A stretch of DNA of 64,000 nt, taken from contig OW569365.1 of NCBI GenBank assembly GCA_937625935.1, forward strand, positions 1-64,000, read 5' to 3'. The translations under genes were made by a program, and so were the position numbers. The stretch is from Tetramitus jugosus (Eukaryota; Protista; Heterolobosea). Shown here in pieces: positions 7,489 to 16,226 of the stretch. Numbering within the stretch: position 1 is the first letter of the stretch; each line of letters opens with the position of its first letter. The notes under the pieces were generated by a model. It was not told the origin of the DNA. It searched no databases and saw only the letters and a list, made by a program, of their open reading frames with translations.

Positions 7489-10400
7489 TTATTGGTTCAG
7501 AAATACTTGAATTTCCTTGAACAATTTAATGATGTCGTCAAAGTTTGGTCTTTCTGCCGAGTATTGTGACCAACAAGCGACACAATTGGAAGAATTTGAT
7601 TGTTATTTGGCCGATCTCTCTCTCTGACATCTCATGCTTCAGTTCATTGCTCTTGTAAAAGAATTCTGCAATGAGTGTCTCATTACCATTGTCATGTTGC
7701 GTCAGTACACACGACGGAATGAAGGGTCTTTTTCCTTGTAGAACTAGTAAGGCCAATGACAATGGATTCGTTAAGTTGGAAGACATGTATGGCTTCTCAA
7801 GTGTGAAAACTTCGTGCATCATGATTCCAAAACTAAAAACATCACATTTCTCGTCATAATCACTTTGGGAGAGCAACTCTGGGCACATATACTGCCATGT
7901 TCCGTAACTTACTCCCACAGTAAGTGAATGATCAGTAATTTTGGATACACCAAAGTCGCAGAGTTTGCATGTGTTATCATCTTGAACCAGCACATTCTGA
8001 GGTTTAATGTCCATATGTAACACTTTAGGATTTCGACTATGAAGATAATGCATACCTTGCGCAATATCTAACAATGCTGAAATCTTTGATTCAAACTTTT
8101 TCAGTTTGTTACTGTATAAAGCTGAGTCTAAACTTCCACCATCAACGAATTCTGTAACAATATATTTGTTGTCACTGTGATCAATACTGTAGCCATAGAG
8201 AGCTATAACATTCGGATGTCTCAGGCGATTCAATACAGAAACCTCTCTGATGAAAGAATCTTCTCCACCAACCTTCAGTCTTTTGATTGCTATAGTTCTA
8301 TTATACCACAATCCTTTGTACACTGTTCCCCCTGCTCCTTCACTAATTTTTGAAGAGAATGTCAATTCCTATCTGTATGGTACTCAATTTTTGTGATCTT
8401 TCATCCTCATCAATTTCTGGCATTTCATAATCCAATAACTTGGCCTGCAATTCATTGTCTCTCTTTTTTTTCAGTTTCTGTTTATAGATTAAGAGGATTA
8501 TGATGCTTGTTATCACCACAAGAGAACCTTTAGCAAACATGCTCAATGGAATGATAGTTCTTTTAACCAGTTTGTTGTTACTTTCTGTAAACGTGGAGCA
8601 GTCTGATTGACGATAACCACTGTAGCATGAACACTGATTGGGACCTGTACATTTTCCATGACCTGAACAAACTTCAATGCTGCTGTGAATCTTTCCATAA
8701 CATGATATTTCAGAGCAGTTCTTTTCTGTGTAACCACTGAAACAAGAACAAGAATCAATTTCCGAACAGTTACCATGTCCTGAACAAACACTACGATTAC
8801 TAGAGATAATTCCATAACAGAGCACATCGGAACACGTATCTGTACCATAACCATTATCGCATGAGCAGTTATCTGGGGAAATACATATCCCATGACCCGA
8901 ACACACTTTTTCTTCCGTGGAATATTTACCATAACATAGACTAGCAGAGCAATCTTTATGACCATATCCCACGTGGCATGAACAATTATTAGGTGATATA
9001 CACTATCCGTGTCCTGAACAAACTTTAGGATCTGTGGAAAGCATGCTATGACACGATATGATCGATCGAGCAGTCATGATAACCAAAACCATCTCGACAT
9101 GAGCAGTTGTTAGGACCTACACATGTCCCATTATTTGAACAAACTTGATAATCTGTCCGAAGAATACCATAGCAGGATACTTCTAAACACGTATCTGTAC
9201 CATAACCATCATCACAAGAACAATTATTAGGTGATACACACGATCCGTGTCCTGAACAAACTTCAGGATTTGTGGAACGGATACCATGACAAACCTTGAT
9301 TGAGCAATCAGCACCATCATAGCCCGTAGAACAAGAACAATTATTGGATGAAATACATTATCCATAACCTGAACAAACTGTGTAACTTGTAGGAAGTTCT
9401 CCGTAGCAAGCTGTATCTGAACAGTTAGCACCAGCATACCCACTGTGACATTCACAAAACTCAGGCCGTATACACCGTCCATTCCCAGAGCATACGTCAG
9501 GATGGATAGATTCTATACCGTAGCAATTCACAGTAGAGCAATTACTCCCTACATAGCCACTGTCACATGAACAATTATTGGGAGCTATACATGAACCATG
9601 GCCCGAACAAACTCTATCATCAATTGAGAGAATATCATCGCAAGTTGTATCAGAACAATCGAGTGCACCGAAGCCAGGGAAACATGAGCAGTTATTAGGT
9701 GAAACGCAAGCACCATGATCTGAGCACACTCCAGGATCCATTGAAAGGAAACCATAACATATTGTAGCAGAACAATTGTATCCTCCATAACCATAGTTGC
9801 ATAAACAGATATCAGATGACACACATGTTCCCTGTCCTGCGCATACTTCTGGATCTGTTGATAGTTTTCCATAACAAAATGGATCGTCCATGATAGCTGT
9901 AACACGATGATATTTAGAATCAGCAATATACACCTCCCCATGTAATGAAACTCCAATGTAACGAGGATGTTCGAGTCGAACCTTCTCACCTGAATTAGTA
10001 TTCTCAGTTCCATTCATTGCAATCGTAATGATTGTTCCATTCAGTAATACTTTTCGTATGCGGTGATTGTAAGTATCTGCTATGTACACCTCACCAGCAC
10101 TTGAAACAGCAACTCCATCTGGACCATATATATGGGCACTTGTGGCGGGTCCTCCGTCTCCGAAATATCCATTTCTTCCATTACCAGCAATTGTGATGAT
10201 AGTCCCGTTCAACAAGATCTTTCGAATGCGGTTGTTGTACGAATCAGCAATGTATACCTCACCACTTCTTGAAACTGCAACTCCACGTGTAAAATCTAGC
10301 TGAGCAGTTAAGGCAGGTCCTCCATCGCCAGAATATCCACTAGTACCATTTCCAGCAAGAGTCATAATTTTTCCATTCTTCAGGATCTTACGGATGCGAT

Positions 10401-10719
10401 GATTATCGGCAAACAAAATTTCTCCATCACCTGAAACAACAACTCCTCGTGGAGCATTTAGCTTAGCATAAGTTGCAAATTCTCCATCTCCTGAGAAACC
10501 CGGAGTTCCTGTTCCAGCAATCGTGATTATGTTTCCGTTCTTCAACACCTTTCGAATGCGGTTGTTATTCGAATCTGCAATGTATACTTCGCCATCGCCT
10601 GAAACTGCTATCCCATAAGGAGAATTCAGTTGAGCACTGAGTGCCGATCCTCCATCTCCAGAATAACCGCCAAGTCCAAAGGTACCTGCAACCGTTCTGA
10701 GTCTACCAATTGTTGGTTG
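7489..10719 (-). pseudogene. NHL-repeat / EGF-like-repeat / TM / TKL protein kinase receptor pseudogene
   Basis: NHL repeats (YIADSYNNRIRKI..ITIAG), ~11 CSGHGxC..C.C..GY EGF-like units, a TM segment and a kinase (HMDIKPQN, DFG, DVFSFG). Lesions: TAA 9358-9360, GATC duplication ~9062, TAG 9003-9005, frameshifts ~8360 and ~7575. No start codon or signal peptide found. Confidence 0.88.
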
Positions 10720-10738
10720 TCAGATGGTTGTCAGATGA

Positions 10739-11018
10739 ACAATACTTACTTGGTATGGTGCCACTGCCTTGGCCATCATTGAACAATTCCAAGCAGGAAA
10801 TCCATTGAGTGGTGTTACGATTACTGTGCCAAAAAAATTCTGCAGATGTGAGAGGAGTTTATAAAACCAAGATGCACATTGGATGTACCCAGAACAAAAC
10901 ATCTACCAAATTGTTGATAATTGCTTTTGTCATCATTGTCATTGCATCAGTCGGTGGAGCATTGGGTTACTACTTCTGTAAGAAGAAGAACTCTAACACT
11001 AGATCAGATGGAGAATGA
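10739..11018 (+). pseudogene. 3' remnant of a single-pass membrane protein gene
   Basis: Hydrophobic stretch LLIIAFVIIVIASVGGALGYYF followed by CKKK stop-transfer. No ATG-led upstream frame. Probable frameshift at the A-run near 10831. Confidence 0.4.
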
Positions 11019-11246
11019 GATGACTCAAAATGATGGAGATTGTTAAACGTTAAAAAAGAGTGCACATATAAAAACCATACCAAAAGAGGAGACAGACATC
11101 AATAGGGGAATTCATCTTCAAGGAGTTTAGCTTTTTCTCCGCTCAATGAACTACAATGTTGTTCTCCCATGTCCGACGGTTTGTTGATTTCACTGATACT
11201 ATCTTCCATTTGGCAGCAAAGTCTCAACACAAACCAACACACAACA

Positions 11247-11975
11247 ATGAAGATTATCATCTTATCCTTGTTCATCTGCTTGTTCCTTCATTCTGCTTTT
11301 GCAATTGATAGCCAATTTGCTGCACTCACAGAGTTGTTTGAGCAAACAGACGGTTTTGATTGGAAAAGCAGAGGCAACTGGCTCCAGAGCAATAATTACT
11401 GTCAGTGGAATGGTGTTTCTTGTGACGCTTATTCCTATGTCACCAATTTGAAATTACCAAACAATAACTTGCGTGGTCAACTTCCAGCCTCGATTGGAAA
11501 CTTGACAAGATTAGATGTGCTTGATCTCTCCATGAATAACCTGCAGGGTGCCATTCCAGAGAGCTTTGGATCTTTGAAATTGTTGACCAATTTGCAATTG
11601 AAATCCAACTCACTCAAGAGCTTGCCAAAGTCCTTCAATTTGTTGCAAAACTTGTATTTATTGGATCTGTCTGCCAATCTCTTCTCTGGTGACTTCCCAG
11701 TTCAAGTGACTCAACTTTCAAGACTCAATCAACTTAACTTGGCTGGCAATTCATTCTCTGGTGCAATCCCAAATTCTTTGTCTGATTTGTACTCAAAGTT
11801 CAATTTGAGATATTTGGACTTGAGTAGCAATCAACTCACTGCTCTTCCACAAAATCTACTCATGCCAGCTCCATTCTTGGCAGGCTGTAACTTGTCCAAG
11901 AATCGATTTAGATGTCCAATTGCCAAGTGGACCGAACATTTGTGCAATGCTACATGCGTTAAGTATTTTGGATAA
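11247..11975 (+). CDS. Secreted leucine-rich-repeat protein (plant-type LRR, LRRNT_2 cap, PGIP-like)
   Basis: Signal peptide MKIIILSLFICLFLHSAFA, N-cap W..NW....YCQWNGVSC, LxxLDLSxNxLxGxIP repeats and a Cys C-cap. Confidence 0.9.
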   Translation: MKIIILSLFICLFLHSAFAIDSQFAALTELFEQTDGFDWKSRGNWLQSNNYCQWNGVSCDAYSYVTNLKLPNNNLRGQLPASIGNLTRLDVLDLSMNNLQGAIPESFGSLKLLTNLQLKSNSLKSLPKSFNLLQNLYLLDLSANLFSGDFPVQVTQLSRLNQLNLAGNSFSGAIPNSLSDLYSKFNLRYLDLSSNQLTALPQNLLMPAPFLAGCNLSKNRFRCPIAKWTEHLCNATCVKYFG

Positions 11976-12073
11976 GTCCGTATCTGAATAAAACCATCAG
12001 CAGTTGAACAACCAAACGTAAGAACAAAAATTACCCCAAAGAATTTTCATAATGGTGATTTTATTCTACAAGT

Positions 12074-15000
12074 TTACACCCAATCACTATTGACAAGACT
12101 TATGAGCCGCGTTGTTCTTCTTCTTTTGCTTCTCCTTGAGCCGTGATCCTCATCTTCATTATCAAATTGTTTATCTATCATTTTCCTCTTTGGTGTCTCT
12201 TTTCCATCTCTCTCATCGAGGTACGATTGAATTGTGTTTCGAGACTTCACGGAGGTAGCGAGCTCTATTGCCAATTTGCCTTCAGAATCTTTGATATCAG
12301 GGCTAGCACCCAATTTGAGTAATTCCTGTACAATATCAATCTTGTCATGAAGTGCAGCATAATGAAGGCACGTTCTGCCAGCTCTATTCTGAATATTGAG
12401 ATACTCGGTCAATTCTTTATGATTCAAACTGTTCAGATTATTATTGCTTCGTTTTGTTCGTTTCGTTTGTGGTTCAGTCCTGAATAGATGGACAATACTG
12501 AATAAAATTTGCAATAGTTGATCGCCAATCAGCTTCGTCTGACTTGATTCACTGATTGAGAAAAGCAAGAGACTGTTTCCTGTTGTGACATCAACTGCTT
12601 TCAATCGAGCATCTGATCGAGAATCATCCTTATATGACTGAATAAACCAATCGAGAATATTCGAACATGACTTACATACGAAGAGTTGCAATGTGGTCAA
12701 TGATTTTGTGCCTTCCTCCTCCCCCTTGTGCTCCATTTGTTGAGTCACAAGTTCAAACCACGACGGGTCTGGTTGTTCTTTTTCTGCTTTAGTCATTAAC
12801 GAGCGAACCTTTGCTTCGTTTGACGTGTTTAACTCACCATGAGTTAAACCCCATCGAACAATCTCATGTAGTTGATGTTTTGTTGGAACTATGCCGAGAG
12901 ATAGCACAGCAGAAAAAGCAAAATCGTTGTAATTTTTATCCAAAGCGACTTGGATTGGATCAAATTGTTCGGCATACGATTTTGTGTGTGGCCAAAGCAC
13001 CGAAAATATTTCATACAAATCTAATCCACATGCGATCATGGCTGCATTTCTTGGTTTTTGTCCATTAGCTGAGTCATTCTCCAGAGGCATGCTAATATAT
13101 TTTTCTAATTCTCCCTTCGTTTTGAACTTTTTCTTCCAATGCTTAATGATACAGCGACATAACATGGCATCCCTTTCAGCCGCGATATGTAAAAGATTTG
13201 GTTTGGTATCTTGTGAATCATCTCTGACCATAACATTTTCTGTACAGGCCATCAATTTGTCAAATAATGGGATATCAATTTCAACTTCTAATGCAAGATA
13301 CATGATAGGAATAGGAGCAACTACGTTCGAATCTTTGCTTGTGAAAATAGGCTTATTGGCAATATCGCTTAGTTTGATTGACAAATCATTCAATAATTGT
13401 AAACCTTTGGAAGCTTCGAGTAGTATTTGAAGTGGACTCCTAGAACTAAATACGCCCTTTGCTTCCTCTGATCTCTCATGAAGCATTTTGGGATAGTGTT
13501 CTAGACATAGAAGTGCACAATGTCTAACTACAGGATAACGACCATAGTTAAATACCTTTTGCTTTTTGTTCATTACGGATACTTCACTCGTCACATCCGA
13601 CAGCATCTTAAATAAATAGTGCAATGCGTTTCCGTGCTCCATTCTGGGACTCAAAAGTTCATGGAGAGGTGTCGAGCTTATGGATGGATTCAGGATGAAA
13701 TAATTGATTAGCTCATAATTATTGTGGATAATTGCATTTGTGATCACAGAGTTTCCATCATTGCTGATTACATCAATTTTAGCACCCGCCGTGATCAGAA
13801 CTTGATCTATATCGTTGATAAACTTATCTTGAGTCAACAAACCAAGATGCTTCCTTTCAAAGCGAGAGAAGGGATAGCCTCTTGTGAAAGCTCTTGGCTC
13901 TTCTCTACTGCTTCTCGAATAGAATAATGAATTCTCTCCTTTTTCATTCAATGAGTTGGCATCAAATCCATTTTCTAATAACCACTGAATTGTTGGTAAT
14001 CTGGGCGACATAGTTGCAGCATGAAGCAAATTTCCACATGAAGTCCGGTAGTCTCGAAGTGATGAATTCTCATTGAAGCACGGTAGTTTAGTGGCTTGCT
14101 CGAGGAACAACACTTGAGGCTCCGTGTTATTTTGAACTAAACCATGATAAGGATACAAAGTATCCAATGCGAAAACATTTTCGATAGGGGTTTGGTTTTT
14201 GTTATTTCCTGCATATATGGCATCACCAGGACAAACTGAAAGTAAATAGCTCACAAAATCAATATTCAGCGTTTTACAAGCTGCATGAAGGACATTATCT
14301 CCAAATTGATTTACATTGGTCACAGAAGCTCCTAATTCTATCAAATGTTTAATTTCTTCCAATCTTTCGATAGCACGAGGTCTCGTTAAATAAAATTGAA
14401 TCAATGGAAGATTCCTTTCTTCATTATTGATGATTCCTTCCGTATTTCCAAGCACCACTAAATCAGGATTCTTTGACACCAAGTAGTCAGCCACCTGTAT
14501 TCGACTGGTATCTCTAGTAATGTTGAGTAAGCAATCTACAAGATAATTCCGTGCGCCATTGACGACCAACTTGGGTTTGAATTCTTCTATAATTTTTTGA
14601 AGGAACGAAAATGCAGCTTCGTTGTTACAGGTTGAGATCAACTGACTTAAATAAGTCGATGGAGATCCACCCTCAAACTTGGTTTCAAATACTCGATCAA
14701 TACCCATCAAGGTGTCATACTTCATTCTGCAGGGGTCTTCAAGAAGTTTCAGAGCCTGAAAAAGTGCATCTGCACTGAGAGAACATATGAAGGTCGGGTG
14801 TAGCTCTGTGTATGGGGCCAGTTGGTACAAATTGTTCTTTTCAGGTAAGTTCAGCAAGGGCTCAAAGTATGGATATTCGCGCACAGCACTATCTATTACT
14901 GCTTCTATGTGTTCATTGGGTTTCATGACACGTGAATCCATGTGGGATAGGCATACACCTTCCTTTTTGCTCATATAATTAATATATGCAGCAAATGAAA

Positions 15001-16102
15001 CTAAGGGGATGCTAGAGTCAGTGGAAGGTCTACTCGCTTCGTCAACAACTGATACGGCAAAGCCCTCATAAGCTTGCTGAATTGAAGTAAAATCATAGAA
15101 GGGGGGAGGAGCATGACTGTATGTATAACCAGATGATAGAAATGAATAGTGCAAAGTCAAATTTTGAACATTGACTTCAATTGGATTTGAGTGCATGTAA
15201 TTTTCAGCTGGTTCAGGCAAACTCTCTCTTCCCTTCTCCGAAAAATATTTCAGGCAAGAAAGTGATTCAGAATGAGGCAGACCAATACCAATAAGGTTGA
15301 GATTCTTGACTGAAGTGGGTAAAGAACGTGCAATTGCCACTACTTCAGCATCTGTCACAGTATTTTCACTTTCCCATACCGGACGACGATAATAATTTTG
15401 TCTCACTCCCAGAATATCCACCGTTTCAAGCTGCTTCAATAGAGGCAACAAAGTTGGAATGCAAGATGACGAATAGTGTCGAGAATAAAATGAAGCCCAA
15501 CCAATTCTCAAGTGTGTTACATTGGAGAACACATTGCCCAGAAATTTGAAAACTGGAGATCGGTTATAGTATTCGTTCATCGGGTCACTCGTGTTTAAAC
15601 GACAACCTTTGCCAGTTGCCCCAATGGGTTTGAACTGAATCAATTGATTGTCTCTCATGTAAAACTTTGGTCTTCCGTCATCTACCAGATCCAAGCTCTT
15701 CACATTGTCATAAATTTGCTCCTGGAATTCATAGAGCCATTGAGAACAGACAGATCTGAGCATGAAATAGTAGGGAAAAGCCGGAATGAATGACATGACA
15801 GAATGAAAAATGTCTCGAGGAATGGGTTGACCAGCAATCAAAAAAAAGCCCAAAATCTTGTCTCTTTCTCTCTCTGGATCTCTGGCCCAGACATGAAGTG
15901 CCATTTCACTTTCCGGATTATCAGATGATACTTGTTGTTCACCATCACCATTACCATTGGCAGTCATGCCATTCGAAGACTGTTGTTCAGCCTGATCCAT
16001 GGGTACATCATCATCTACCTCTTCATCCTCATCATTCTCATCATTGGCAACTAATTTGCTCTCTTTGTGAATCTTACCAAGTGTGGCAGCCTTACTCAAC
16101 AT
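12074..16102 (-). CDS. F-box, LRR-like and ankyrin-repeat protein
   Basis: F-box-like IPRDIFHSVMSFI...LRSVCSQW and ankyrin motifs (GDNVLHAAC, GNLLHAA, GRTCLHYAALHDKIDIVQELLKLGASPD). The start is taken at the first ATG clear of the upstream gene. Confidence 0.8.
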   Translation of the reverse strand: MLSKAATLGKIHKESKLVANDENDEDEEVDDDVPMDQAEQQSSNGMTANGNGDGEQQVSSDNPESEMALHVWARDPERERDKILGFFLIAGQPIPRDIFHSVMSFIPAFPYYFMLRSVCSQWLYEFQEQIYDNVKSLDLVDDGRPKFYMRDNQLIQFKPIGATGKGCRLNTSDPMNEYYNRSPVFKFLGNVFSNVTHLRIGWASFYSRHYSSSCIPTLLPLLKQLETVDILGVRQNYYRRPVWESENTVTDAEVVAIARSLPTSVKNLNLIGIGLPHSESLSCLKYFSEKGRESLPEPAENYMHSNPIEVNVQNLTLHYSFLSSGYTYSHAPPPFYDFTSIQQAYEGFAVSVVDEASRPSTDSSIPLVSFAAYINYMSKKEGVCLSHMDSRVMKPNEHIEAVIDSAVREYPYFEPLLNLPEKNNLYQLAPYTELHPTFICSLSADALFQALKLLEDPCRMKYDTLMGIDRVFETKFEGGSPSTYLSQLISTCNNEAAFSFLQKIIEEFKPKLVVNGARNYLVDCLLNITRDTSRIQVADYLVSKNPDLVVLGNTEGIINNEERNLPLIQFYLTRPRAIERLEEIKHLIELGASVTNVNQFGDNVLHAACKTLNIDFVSYLLSVCPGDAIYAGNNKNQTPIENVFALDTLYPYHGLVQNNTEPQVLFLEQATKLPCFNENSSLRDYRTSCGNLLHAATMSPRLPTIQWLLENGFDANSLNEKGENSLFYSRSSREEPRAFTRGYPFSRFERKHLGLLTQDKFINDIDQVLITAGAKIDVISNDGNSVITNAIIHNNYELINYFILNPSISSTPLHELLSPRMEHGNALHYLFKMLSDVTSEVSVMNKKQKVFNYGRYPVVRHCALLCLEHYPKMLHERSEEAKGVFSSRSPLQILLEASKGLQLLNDLSIKLSDIANKPIFTSKDSNVVAPIPIMYLALEVEIDIPLFDKLMACTENVMVRDDSQDTKPNLLHIAAERDAMLCRCIIKHWKKKFKTKGELEKYISMPLENDSANGQKPRNAAMIACGLDLYEIFSVLWPHTKSYAEQFDPIQVALDKNYNDFAFSAVLSLGIVPTKHQLHEIVRWGLTHGELNTSNEAKVRSLMTKAEKEQPDPSWFELVTQQMEHKGEEEGTKSLTTLQLFVCKSCSNILDWFIQSYKDDSRSDARLKAVDVTTGNSLLLFSISESSQTKLIGDQLLQILFSIVHLFRTEPQTKRTKRSNNNLNSLNHKELTEYLNIQNRAGRTCLHYAALHDKIDIVQELLKLGASPDIKDSEGKLAIELATSVKSRNTIQSYLDERDGKETPKRKMIDKQFDNEDEDHGSRRSKRRRTTRLISLVNSDWV

Positions 16103-16226
16103 TGTGCTTCTGTTGTTTGTGGTTGAAATGTTCAACTTGTTGCACTTTTCCTCAGAATTCTTGCCTGGAAGCGGAGTAATTCGGAACTTGAAAATGTGTG
16201 AGTGCCGAATACACTTTTTATTGATG

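Noticed and set aside
9003-9360. TAA/TAG reassignment suggested by in-frame stops in EGF repeats
   Set aside because: Conserved genes (GPN1, PAM18, WDR35, zeta-COP) end at TAA at the expected positions, and the same gene also has frameshifts.
10742-10753. U1 snRNA-like 5' end ATACTTACTTGG
   Set aside because: It mismatches ACTTACCTG, and no U1-70K loop or Sm site follows.
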